Source of the DNA: Moniliella sp. 'wahieum'
Lineage: Eukaryota
Length of the DNA stretch: 64,000 nucleotides
Assembly: GCA_003971905.1 (NCBI GenBank)
Contig: RSEE01000121.1
Coordinates: forward strand, 62,001 to 126,000
Reading direction: 5' to 3'
Both the position numbers and the translations under genes were made by a program. Each line of letters starts with the position of its first letter. The first letter of the stretch is position 1. This document shows, in pieces, positions 23,926-35,330 of this stretch. The notes below the pieces were generated by a model that worked only from the letters and a program-made list of their open reading frames with translations, was not told the origin of the DNA and searched no databases.

Positions 23926-25114
23926 TCAACCAGGGCTCTCCCACAGTAGAAAATGGATGGTGGTTGCAGTGGGCAAAAAAGGGGGAGGGGAGGGGGCCGG
24001 CGAGAGACAGATGGGGATAAGAACACCCGACTGACTGATGACCTCGATGACTATACCGCACCGCCACTTTCGGGTTGTTCTGATTTTCATTTGGGCGGCG
24101 AAAGCGCCTTCATGCAATTGAACGCTCACAAAGAGCATGGAACGATCAAAACTACTATCAACCTGGCAGCAATTCAGCTGCGGAGAGCACCACTGTCATT
24201 CCCATGGATCATCGAGATCATCTGATCGGCCGCACAGCCTTCCGCCTGGGCCTGCCTTCTCAATGGGGCCCCCCCGGCCTGCATCGCGATCGCGGTATTC
24301 GGATACAGAGTTGCTGATCCCCCGGCCCATTCCGAGCATGATAATACCAACGCGTCCGTTACCGCCAAACACGTTTAGATCTACGACCCTAGGCTCACCC
24401 GGCCCCACATTATCTTACTCGACCTCATCGAGCTCGGCGGGGCGGAGTCCGATGCGGAGCTGTCCGAAAAACAGGTCCACATTGCATCCTCGGTCGAAGA
24501 GGCGTGCTAGCACGCGGAGGCGGGAGTTATCTGTAGTGAACGGGACGAGTTTCGTTCGTTGCCTGGATTGGGCCAAGATTTACTAGAGTGCCAAGAAACC
24601 CCGCGTTATTCCTTTTTGATGGTCGCAGCATTGTCAGTCTCCCCTGGCGTTGCGCAAGCTTGGCTGGGCTGTTCACTCGGTTGGCAAAGGGCCTAAAATC
24701 TAGGATCCCATCTGGATGTAGCCGCTGTGCTACTCCCTCTCCTGTGTCTCCAGCGCTGAGGTTCAGCGAAGCGCTGAGTGTAGGACTATACTGTAGTAGT
24801 TGGTTACGTTTTCTCCCTCTTCCTGCCCATTTTTCTCGCTTTTTTGTCCATTGCGTGAGTTCAAGTGTACTTATGCGCCCCCTCCGTCGCACTGCCTCTC
24901 TGCCCCCGGTTTAGGATTCATCCATCACTTGGGTCAACTGTCTATCCTGTTCATGTTCTCTTGTTCGGATATAATAGGCGTTGGGCGCCTCTCATAATAT
25001 AACACAGGCAACTATCGACCGACCTCTACTTTGCATCTCGACGACACGTATGGGAAAGGTAGACAATGAATGACAAAAGGGAGCAGAAGCCAAGGGGTGG
25101 CGGCCATGTATGGC

Positions 25115-27190
25115 TTACTGCTGCACATCCTGCTCGCCACTGTAGCTGGGCAATTTCTTCTGGGCCTCCTGCCAGGTCAGCGTGGCATCCGACAAGCCCT
25201 TGATCACCGCAATCACCTCGTCGATGGGGCCAATGAGCTGGGAAGTGGGTGTCGCGCTCGCGGAGGGTCATCGTACCCTTCTCCAACGACGCAAAGTCGA
25301 GGGTGCAAGCAAACGGCGTGCCGAGCTCATCGTTGCGCGAGTAGCGCCGGCCAATGGTTGCATTGCTATCGTCCACCCGGCTCGCCACGCCCGCCGCACG
25401 CAACTTGCGCGTCACTTCGCGCACCAACGGCTGGAACTCCTTGTTGGACGAAATGGGCACGATCAGCGCCTTGAACGGCGCCACGAGCGGGGGCAGACTC
25501 AGCACCCCACGCTGAGCATCCTCCTCGCGCGACCAAAACGCATGCTCGAGCAACGCGTAGAAAATCCGGCCCATGCCAAACGACGGTTCAATCACATTCG
25601 GCACATAGGTACGCGTGTGCTCCTTGACCGTCTTGTGCTCGACAGTGACCAAGTCCGAGCTCAACTCCCGCTCTTGGCCACCGACGGTGATCGTGGCCTG
25701 ACCCGCCTGGAGGGCTTGGGCCAAACGTTCGAGCTGGGCTTGGTCCATCTCAAGAATCTGCTCCTCCACTGCCTTGGCGTCCTTTTTGAACTTGGGGCCG
25801 AGCAGTTTCTTGTTGAGGGTCGGAATGTACTTTTCGTACACCTTGGGCTCGGTCAAGAGCTGGTGCACCGACAAGTCCTTCTTGGTCCGACGCGCGTGGA
25901 CCGTAAGGTCGTACGCGCTCCGGTCTGCACAGCCCACGCACTCGATCCACCCGTACGACGTCTTGATCTCGGCGTCCCAGCAGTCGGACGCATAATGGGC
26001 CATTTCGTTGTGCATGTGCTGGCGGAAGCGGATGCGGTTCGTGTCCATACCAATCTTTTCCAGGAACAGCCAGATGCGCGCAACAAAGTAGCCCAACGTC
26101 TCATTGTCGCACATGCCCTTGGCCACCGCATCGCCCACGGTAGCGTAGGTAATCTCCGTCTTACCGGCCTCTTGGGTGCCCTTGGGCAGCCACGGCAGCG
26201 TCAAATGCGCCACCTCGGCAAAGCGAGGGTGGCTCTTGTCTTCGGGATCGACAAAGTGCTCAATTTCGCCCATGACAAACTCGCGCACGCAGCAGCCCGG
26301 CACGGGGCTAATCTCATTCCGGAACGACTTGCCAACGTGCGCCGACGCAAAGGGGATCCGGCCATTGTTGAACTCGAGGAGGCGAGCAAAGTTGACAAAG
26401 TGGCCCTGGGCCGTCTCGGGGCGGAGGTAGCCCTTTTGGGTCCCCGTGGGACCAATCTCGGTGGAGAACATGAGGTTGAACTCGACGGGCTCGGTCACCT
26501 CGTTGCCCGTCTCCGGGGCGCGGATGGCAAACTTGGTGATCAGCTCACCCAGCTGGGGGCCCGTGTAGTTATCGATCTGCGCCAGCACGTACTCGATCTC
26601 CGCCTTGGCCTCGTCCGACAACTTGACCGCCGTCGACTTGATCTTCTTTTTCTTGGCCGTCTTCTTGTCGTCCTTGGCGTCCGGCGCGTCGGCCGACTTG
26701 TCGATCGTCTTACCCTGCTCCAGCGCACGCGCTTCGGCATCGCCCTTCAAGCGCGCCTCCAGCACACCCTCAATCAGGTGGTCCGCACGGAAAATGTCGC
26801 CCGTCTTAACGTCGCGGCACATGTAGTCGGAGAACTTCTCAACGTGGCCCGAAGTCTTGAGCACCTCGTCGAGGGTCATGATGGTGGGGTCGACCTCGAG
26901 CATGTCCTCCTCGAGGATAAAGTGCTTGCGCCACTCGGAGATGATGTTGGCCTGCAGCGCAGCGCCCGTGGGGCCATAGTCGTACAGACCGGCAACACCT
27001 GTTGGAGCAGACGCGGGCGGTCAGCGGCGGGGGGAAACAGAGCAAGAAGGAAGGGGAGGAAGAGAAGAGACGCACCGCCGTAGATCTCAAAGGAGGGGTT
27101 GTAGAAGAAGCGCTTGGTGATCAGGCCTTCGAGCAGAGCGCGGTCCCAGGGGTGGGCATCCTTCTTGACCTGCGAGGGCGCCGTGGTCAT
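25115..27190 (-). CDS. GRS1: Glycyl-tRNA synthetase (eukaryotic type); intron 26999-27075
   Basis: RFFYNPSFEIYG|GVAGLYDYGP; VLKTSGHVEKFSD; FNLMF; YLRPETAQG; SFRNEISP; EMAHYASDCWD; WIECVGCADRSAYDL; VIEPSFGMGR; IGRRYSRNDELG. Confidence 0.97.
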
Positions 27191-27397
27191 CGTGGTGGTG
27201 GTGGTGGTGGGAGAGGCAGCGTCTTCAGACGGCCGCAAGAAGACGAACGTCGGCGTGTGACTCAGGCCTACTTGGCTAATTCCGCCGCGGGGGTGCGTTC
27301 GGGATTCCGCGCTGCGGCGTGCCTATCACCTGTGGATATCACCTGTGCATATCACCTGACACATCACCGCGCTATCACACGGGGGTGTACGCCATGC

Positions 27398-27978
27398 TTA
27401 CTGGGGCTCGGCCGCGTAGAGCAGCATGTACATCTGGCACGCCGAGCGGTACGCCACCGGATCCTGCGCACGGAACACGTTGGCCGCATCCACATTCAGC
27501 GGCGAGTCTGGCTCGGGCGCATCCAGCAGCACCAGCACCGCCAGGCACAGCGACTGCAGCGTCCACGCCGGCGTCCACTGGCTCTGCAGCACGTCCAGGC
27601 AGATCTCGCCCGTCTGGACGCCGTCAGCCGCGGTCAGCACGCCAGCACGCCAGCACACAGCACACCCTCCCTCCGTCCACATACCTTCCACGACACATTC
27701 GGGTGCCAGATCCGCGTCACGAACCGCATCTTGGGCGGCTTTTGCGGGTACGTGCTAGGCACCGAGATCGCCACCTCGAACAGCCCGCCGGCGTAGTTGC
27801 CCGACGCCGGGCCTCGCAGAAGCGCACTCCACTCGAGCAGGTTCTGCCCCGCGCCATCCGACGGACGCAGGTCCACCACGTCCGCCATCGTGCCGTCCGA
27901 CCCGGCACTCGCAGAGCCATCTGCGCCCCGTTGGAGCTGCTTCCATTCCTTGAGCAGCCGTTTGGCAGGCACAGCCAT
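27398..27978 (-). CDS. PEX4: Ubiquitin-conjugating enzyme E2, peroxin Pex4 type; intron 27614-27684
   Basis: KRLLKEW..YPQKPPKMRFVTRIWHPNVSWK|TGEICLDVLQSQWTPAWTLQSLC..PEPDSPLNVDAAN. The HPNV-x-WKTGEICLD and PDSPLN-x-DA motifs fit Pex4. Confidence 0.75.
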
Positions 27979-28308
27979 AGTGTGTGGGGAGCGAGGTGGG
28001 CAGAGGATGCGGCCGAGGAGAGGAGGAAGCTGCGGCGGAATGCAGGCTGATGGTGGTGGTGGTGGCTGTTCACCACGTTAACGCACCCCGCGCCGCCACC
28101 GGCTAGTTCCTGGCCCGCTGCCGATACAAATTGATTTCAGGCCCTTCTATTGGCCTTAATTTATAACCCCGCCTGGCATAGCAACCTAACTACTCTGAGC
28201 CATGTCTCTGTCCTACCATCCGCGCGTCCTGGCCGCTACTTTTTCTAACAGGCAAGATCTGTGAACCAAAGATGCTGCTAGGAGCAACGCAACAAGTCCT
28301 GCCTGCAT

Positions 28309-29346
28309 TCAGTACGTGGCCGCCAGGCGTGCACTCAAGTACTCGCCGCCGGTCACGACCCGGTCCTTGGGCAAGCTGGCAAACTTGGCATTGAACGCGG
28401 GCGAATCGCTCTGCCAAGCGCGCGCTGCCGCCGACGCCGGCGCGCCGTCGACCAGCTGCGACAGCGGCTGCAGCGGAGCGTCCTGGTCCGGCTGGGAAAA
28501 GTAGGCAATCGAGTACCTGGACTGCGCCTGCTGCTGCGTGACGGGCAACGCGACGCGGTGCACCGTGCTCTGGTACACCCCAGCACTCCAGAACTGGATC
28601 GCGTCCCCAACATTGCACACAATCATGCCTGGTTGCGGCGGGATGTCGGTCCACACATCCCGGTCCGCCTGGCTGGCCCGATCGGGGTCGGTATCAGTCT
28701 GGTGCTCCAAATCCACCTGAAGCCCGCCCACGTCTTTTTGGAACAGCAGTGTCACCGACCCATAGTCCGTGTGCGCCCCCGCACGAATCAAGTTGCCGCT
28801 CTCGGGCGTGGCACTGACTTGGGTAGGCGGGTAATGGAGGAAGCGGAGCCGGTCCAGTTGCCCCTGGTGCCACTGGGTGAAAAATTCCGGCTTCAACCCC
28901 AGCGCCTGGGCAAACCCCCGAAGGACGAGGAGCGAGGTGGCATAGCACGCCTCGTAAAACTTGTTGAGCTCGGCGCGTGCGTCGTGGGCGCTCCAGACGC
29001 GAGGCAGAGGTTGGGCAGGCTGCAGATCGGCGCGGGAGGCAAAGCGTTTCAGCATAAAGCACTCTTTGATGTCGTTCTTGCCCGGCTCGAGCGCTTCGCC
29101 GCCGAGGCGGACAAAGCCTGCATTGTCCGCCCGGTTGGCCGTCGCTTCGCGATCGGCCACCGCGTCGAGCGACGGGTCGCTAAACAGGGCCAAGGAGAGC
29201 TCAAACGCGCGGTCAATGTCCTGCTGCTGGATGTAGGGGTTGGAGGCGAGGTAAAAGAAGCCTTCGTTTTCGCACGCCCGCTTGATCTGCTCGGCCAGCT
29301 GGGCCGGCGGCGCGTCCAAGTGCACGACGGGGAGCTGGAGTGGCAT
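28309..29346 (-). CDS. 2-oxoglutarate/Fe(II)-dependent dioxygenase (DIOX_N + 2OG-FeII_Oxy, IPNS-like)
   Basis: Intact 345-aa ORF: ACENEGFFYL; LRFLHYP; AGAHTDYGSVTLL; NVGD; STVHRV; RYSIAYF. Confidence 0.92.
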   Translation of the reverse strand: MPLQLPVVHLDAPPAQLAEQIKRACENEGFFYLASNPYIQQQDIDRAFELSLALFSDPSLDAVADREATANRADNAGFVRLGGEALEPGKNDIKECFMLKRFASRADLQPAQPLPRVWSAHDARAELNKFYEACYATSLLVLRGFAQALGLKPEFFTQWHQGQLDRLRFLHYPPTQVSATPESGNLIRAGAHTDYGSVTLLFQKDVGGLQVDLEHQTDTDPDRASQADRDVWTDIPPQPGMIVCNVGDAIQFWSAGVYQSTVHRVALPVTQQQAQSRYSIAYFSQPDQDAPLQPLSQLVDGAPASAAARAWQSDSPAFNAKFASLPKDRVVTGGEYLSARLAATY

Positions 29347-29872
29347 GGCGCGATTTGGAGAGAGCGGCTTGGGCTGGAGCGGACACGGTCCCTGGAGAGC
29401 GCGATGGAAGGGGGCGAGTTAAAAGGGGCTGCCGGGTGAGAGTTGAGAGAGGGCCGGCCGAGAGGCGCGGGGCCAGGCACGGATGTGCAACTGCTCTGGG
29501 GCCGCGGCTGGAATGTCTCGGCGGCGGGGGCAGCGTGGGCGGGGTTTTTTGCACAGGCCATGTGCCGGTCGGGGGGGGACGGAGGGGAAGTGACTACTAC
29601 TTGCTGGGGCGGGTTACACACGGGAAGACGGCGCCCATGGCTTCCTTCTCGCCAGAAGCGATGGGCGTGGGGGCGCTGAGGAGCGGAGGCGAGGATGCTC
29701 GGAGATGGCGGGTGTGACATGTGATCACACTGCCATTTGAAATGCATGTCGCGTGGCGCGGCTACGCTGCGACACCCGACGGCGCCGTGCTAGGCTCTTG
29801 GTACTGATATCGCATCGATAAGTGTGTAACATGTACGCACCACAATATACCCCCACCACCACCTCTTCCTCC

Positions 29873-31373
29873 ATGCCGGGCATCCGCTCGTCCGTCCTCG
29901 CGGCCATCGTGGCCGTCGCCGTCGGCCTCCAGGCCACCGTCCAGGCCCAGGCCCACCAACACCCCCTCCACCACGACCACGCCGATGCCGCGCACATGGA
30001 GCAAGTCCACGGCGTGTACCGCGACCTCTGGCCCGGCGGCCTCAACCCCATGCCTCTCGTCCCGGCCGAGCTGCTGCAGGACAAGATTGCTGCCTACACC
30101 TCTGCCCACACCCATGGCCCACGCGAACCTGCGCCCTACCCCGCCCAGTACGCCCACGACGAGGTCCCGCTCACCACGCCGGCCGGCGACAGTCTGATGG
30201 CCGGCCTGGCCACCTTTGCCCATCTCCCCTACGGCGCCTGCTTTTCCCCCTGGACCCACATCCTGCCCGACAACGAAGAGCTGATCTACGAAGTGCAGTC
30301 GGGCAGCAACTTTGATGTGGCGTTTGTCGGCATGCCCTTCGACACGGCCACCTCGTGCGTATCCTCTCCTCTCCTCTCGCCTTTTCCGTCGTGTGTGCGT
30401 GGTGGCTGACTGACACGGTCCGGCTGTCTTGCCCAGTTTCCGCCCTGGCGCCCGCTTTGGCCCCAACGGCATTCGCGAAGGCAGCAAGCGCATGACCAAG
30501 CTCAAAAGCTACAATGTGCCCATGGGCTTGAACCCGTTCACCCAAGGGCTCAAAATCCTCGATTGTGGCGACATTCCCGTCAGCCAGCTGGACAATTCGG
30601 TCGCGCTGGAGCAAATGGAGCGCGGGTACGACAAGCTTCTCTTTTCCTCGGCCACCACTACCAGTCTGACCACGCCCGATGGCACGGTGCACACCCGCCC
30701 GCTGTTCAGCAAGACGGGCCGCGTGCATCCCAAACTGCTCACCTTGGGCGGCGACCATACGATTGTCTTGCCCATCCTCCGTTCGCTCAACAAGGCCTAT
30801 GGCCCCGTCTCGGTCATCCACTTTGACTCGCACCTCGATACCTGGCGCCCCGACTCGTACACCAACAAAGGCGGCAAGGCCGCCGCGACGATCAACCACG
30901 GTTCCTTCTTTTGGCACGCGGCGCAGGAAGGCTTGATTCGGAACGGGAGCTCGGCGCATGCAGGCATCCGTACCCGGCTGGGCGGACTGGACGATTATGT
31001 GAACGATCGCCAGTGCGGCTTCCGCCTGGACCATGCGTTTGAGATTGACGACATTGGCACCCAAGGCATCATTGACAACATTCGTACCCAAGTAGGCCAG
31101 AACCCAGTCTACCTCTCCATCGACATTGATGTCCTCGACCCGTCCGCTGCGCCGGCCACGGGCACCCCCGAAACTGGTGGCTGGACCAGCCGCGAGATGC
31201 GCAGGATCCTGCGCGGCCTCGAAGGCCTCAACATTGTCGGCGCCGATATCGTCGAGGTCGCCCCGGCTTACGATAACCAGGCCATGCTCACCCAGTTTGT
31301 CGCGGCCGACTTGATGTTCGAAGTGCTCAGCGTGATGGTCAAGCGCGGACCCTTGATTGACACCCAATCGTGA
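29873..31373 (+). CDS. Ureohydrolase (agmatinase/guanidinobutyrase family) with N-terminal signal peptide; intron 30355-30436
   Basis: MPGIRSSVLAAIVAVAVGLQATVQAQA; GMPFDTATS|FRPGARFGP; GGDHT; HFDSHLD; SIDIDVLDP..APATGTPE; DIVEVAP. Confidence 0.92.
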
Positions 31374-31803
31374 GCCCTTCCAATCCGCATACGCATATGC
31401 ATACGCATGCACCTGACTGCTGGGCTGCCTTGGTCTCATCGCGCATGCCAGACCCCTCTCATCATTTCACTCTGGGATATCCCCTCCCTTCACCAACGTC
31501 TTCCCCTATAGAGAATGGCGCATGGTTCAACTATCGCAAGACAGGTGCAATCGCAAAGTGGTGTAGAATGCATTTGCTCGTAGAGCGTCGGATAGGTTGA
31601 ATGAATGGACACATCCTGTCGAACAGACGACCAAGGAGTGGGGGAGGGGGATGTTTGCTAGTTGTACAAGGTGGGGTTCGCCAAAGAGATTAGACACCCA
31701 TTGAATGTCTGTCGAGACACCATGAGCAGACAGGGGCGACGGGGGGGGGGGAGGGGAGAAGGAGAAAGATGAAGAGAAGATCAAGCCATAACGAGCTGGA
31801 CAT

Positions 31804-33880
31804 TTACTCCTTCTTCTCGGCGCTCTCGCTCTCCTGCTGCTGGCTTTCGGCGTTGCGCTTCTCGTAGATCTGCTTGAAGAGGCCGAGCGAAGCCTGCTGG
31901 GTCTCGTTGATCTGTTCCCGCACTTGGTCGGGGGTGATGTCCGAGTCGCCATTTTGTGCCTTGGCAGCCAGCTCCTCCGTCTTCTTGATCAGCTCGTTCA
32001 ACTTGTCCTTCTCCTCCTGGGGAAGTTGGTCGGCAAACTCGCCCAAGGCCTTGGACGTCTCGGCGCACACCCCTTGCGCACGGTTCGCCTCCTCGATCAA
32101 CTCCTTCCGCGCCTTGTCAGCCTCAGCGTGCTTCTCCGCGTCTTGCACCATGTTCTCAATCTCCGAGTCCGACAGACCCGACGAGGCAGCCACAGTAATG
32201 TTGGCGTCCTTGCCGGTAGCCTTGTCCTTGGCGCTGACGGAAAGAATGCCGTCGGCGTCAATGTCAAAGGTCACCTCGATTTGAGGCACGCCACGGGGCG
32301 CGGGCGGGAGCCCACCAAGGTTGAAGTTGCCGAGCAACTTGTTGTCCTTGACCAGCTCACGCTCGCCCTGGTACACCTGGATCTCCACCGCCGTCTGGCC
32401 ATCGGCGGCAGTCGAGAACGTCTGCGACTTCTTGGTCGGGATCGTAGTGTTGCGGTTGATCAGACGGGTAAAGACGCCACCAAGAGTGTTGATACCAAGC
32501 GACAGAGGGGTCACGTCGAGGAGGAGAATGTCGGTCACTTGGCCGGAAAGCACACCACCCTGGATCGAAGCGCCAATGGCAACAGCCTCGTCGGGGTTGA
32601 CGCCCTTGCTCGGGTCACGCTTGAAAATGTCCTTGACAGTGGAGAGCACCTTGGGCATACGGCTCATACCACCCACCATGATGACAGCGTCAATGTCAGA
32701 AGGCTTAGCGCCAGCGTCGGCCAAGGCCTTCTTGCAAGGCTCCACCGTGCGCTCGACCAGCTTGCCCACCAGCACCTCGAGTTGGGTGCGAGTGAGCTGG
32801 TTAATGTGCTTGGGCCCACTGGCATCGGCAGTAATGTAGGGGAGCGAGATCTCGGTCGAGGGGGCCGACGAGAGCTCAATCTTGGCCTTCTCAGCAGCCT
32901 CACGGATACGTTGGATGGCCATGCGGTCGCCCGAGAGGTCAATGCCAGACTCCTTCTGGAACTCCTGGACAAGGTGCTCAACAAGCACAATGTCAAAGTC
33001 CTCACCACCCAGGTGGGTGTCACCGTTGGTCGACTTGACCTCAAACACGCCGTTCTGCATCTCGAGAATCGACACGTCAAACGTACCACCCCCAAGTCAA
33101 ACACAGCAATCGTCGCTGCCTCGTTCTTGTCCAGGCCGTACGCGAGCGCAGCAGCAGTCGGCTCGTTGATCACACGCAGCACATCAAGACCAGCAATGGT
33201 ACCAGCGTCCTTGGTGGCCTGGCGCTGCGAGTCGTTAAAGTACGCAGGGACAGTAATGACGGCGTGCTTGACGGGCTTGCCGAGGTAGGCAGCCGCAGTC
33301 TCCCGCAACTTGCCGACGACAAACGCACCAATTTGCTGGGGCGAGTAGTTCTGCCCGCGCACCTCGAGCCAGGCATCGCCATTGGAGTGAGCGATAATCT
33401 TGTAGGGGACGTTCTTAATGTCCTTCTGCACCTCGGCGTCCTTGAACTTGCGACCAATCAAACGCTTGGTGGCAAACAGAGTCGCCTCGGGGTTGACGAC
33501 GGCCTGGCGCTTGGCAGGCACACCAACCAGGCGCTCGTTGTTCTTGGTGAACGCGACGACCGAGGGGGTGGTGCGGCCACCCTCCTCGTTCTCAATCACG
33601 CGGGCCTGCTGGCCCTCCATGATGGAGACGCACGAGTTGGTCGCTGGAGACGACAAGAGGCGTGGTGAGCAGCGCGCACAAGGCAACAGAAAGGAAGAAG
33701 AGGAAGATACGCACTGCCCAGGTCGATGCCGATGACAGGGCCGCTGACCTTGCTGCCGGTCGAGTTGAAGCGGACAGCGCCGAGGCGGGCGGCGTTGAGC
33801 GGCGCCGCAGCCGCGACGGAGCGGGCGGCAAGGAGGCGGGCGGAGGGGAGCGCGGCCTGGCGAAGAGTCCGAGCAAGCAT
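31804..33880 (-). CDS. SSC1: Mitochondrial Hsp70; intron about 33645-33713
   Basis: Arg-rich presequence [64 protein letters not shown]; no EEVD or HDEL tail. Confidence 0.96.
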
Positions 33881-34899
33881 GGTGGGGGTGGGGGGGGGGT
33901 GGCACCCCAAAAAAGCACGCCGCTGGAGGGTGCGTTTTATCTCCTGCGGCGGCTGGGCAGCGAAAGCCATGGAACGATAGAACGTTTCGCCCGCGCCCGT
34001 TTCAAATGGTCCGTCCCGCCCCGCCACCGCGCCAGTGTGCCTCGCCCGCCCCCGCCGCCCTGACGTCATCGCCCCCGTCAAAACTTCTTCCGGCCGCCGC
34101 CCCAATTCCGCGCCCGCCCCTTCGACCCGCTCCTGGAAGCGACCATCCGGCACGGCCCGCTTCGGCGCGCTGGGGCGCCCACACGCACGAGCAAGACCCA
34201 CACACGTCCTCTGTACCGGGCGTTACCAACGGATCCGCAGTGAAATGCACAAATCCTAGTACCTCAACGTGTCACCGGTCCACACGTATCGCCGTGTTCG
34301 ACCCCTTTTTTCAACCAAAAAGTGTGCAAACGAGGGACCGTGGGGATGCGTATAATAGCCCCTTCTGCTCATATAATGCCCATCAGGATCACTTGTCGTG
34401 TATACTAGTAGTATACACGTCCGGCTCTCTAGTTCGCATCTCCCCGACACGACCAACAAGCAACACTGCAGGTGATCCAGCCCCGGGGGGGAAAGACGTG
34501 CACGAGTCCGTATGGCGATGACAATCAATTGTCTGGCTTTTGGACTGGCCTGCCGCTCGGACGAGTGCTCCGCTCTTGGTGAGCCTCTTCCAATGGGCCA
34601 GTGGTCATGTGCTCGACCCACGCGTTCTACTGACTCTGTAAAAGGTATGTTATATCTCAGTCTCTCGATTACACTGCTTCCCCAGGCCACTATTCCTGGT
34701 ATTGCATTCATATCTGTGACAAAAAGGCAAGTCAGGGACAAAGAGTCGCTGCGCCCGTTATATACCAGGCTCGCACGACCGGGGTGTGCTGCTATTATAT
34801 TTCGTGCCAACTCAATCAAGAGGTTAATAGTGGACTCGTCAGCCGGCCAGGATTTTCTAGCTCCTGCCGTTCGCTTCCAACCCGGGTGCAGCGTGGATG

Positions 34900-35330
34900 G
34901 ATAAGAATGAGCGTGCTGATAGAGGCGTGGGAGCGATGAACCGCCTCTCCAATGAGATCTTCACAGTCAATTCCTTCCAGCACTCAGGCACCGTTTGTTG
35001 CTCGTCTGTTTCGTGACATTGTCGGCGTGCCCTCACACGCACAAGGGAGAACAACGATGACTCTCGAGCACGTCCTTGGTCCTTGGCGTTCTTGCCACAT
35101 TGGACTTGTTCCAGAAGCAGCTCCTTTTGCCGGTGTTCTTCCGACGTTCTCCGGCGTTGCGGTTCCCTCATGTATACCACTCTTGACTCTCTTTGTACCG
35201 GAATCATGGTATAAAGTCTTCGTGGTGTGGGTCGAATGCAATATGCGCTTACCGTAGCGTGACAGGAGTGGCCCGCGCGTGCTTGCCCAAGCTACTCTCC
35301 CTACTCTCCACCATAGTACAGGGTACGATG
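34900..35330 (-). mobile_element. Second, more decayed relic of the same RLE non-LTR family
   Basis: LLEQVQCGKNAKDQGRARES..W KELT aligns by eye with 23690-23840 at DNA and protein level (CTTGGCGTTCTTG shared). Confidence 0.45.

Larger units (their letters stand above)
18679..24222 (+). repeat. Three-unit tandem segmental duplication (units start about 18679, 20705, 22517)
   Basis: GAACGAGATGAG..CTGACCCAACAT begins each unit. About 18730-19500 is nearly identical to about 22563-23332. Diverged 3' spacers are shared (GGGCAAAAA..GAGAGACAGAT..CACCCGACTG), and CCACTGTCATTCCCATGG..ATCGAGATCATC occurs at ~20130 and ~24190. Confidence 0.95.

Noticed and set aside
18679..24222. Reading the tandem array as LTRs of a retroelement or a CRISPR/DGR-like system
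   Set aside because: No TG..CA ends, TSD, RT or regular spacers. Differences are block swaps, not adenine-specific changes, and each unit holds a TATA plus ORF.
25182..27083. 633-aa plus-strand ORF antisense to GRS1
   Set aside because: Shadow ORF produced by GC3-biased codon usage of the real gene; no motifs.
27398..27978. Functional clustering of PEX4 with the SKL-bearing tandem family
   Set aside because: GRS1 lies between them and nothing in the sequence indicates co-regulation; probably coincidence.
31924..33288. 454-aa ORF antisense to Hsp70
   Set aside because: Well-known antisense shadow of Hsp70 genes; no independent evidence.
33960..34145. Heat-shock elements upstream of SSC1
   Set aside because: Only partial nGAAn units (GAACGTTTC, TCCTGGAA); no clean three-unit HSE.
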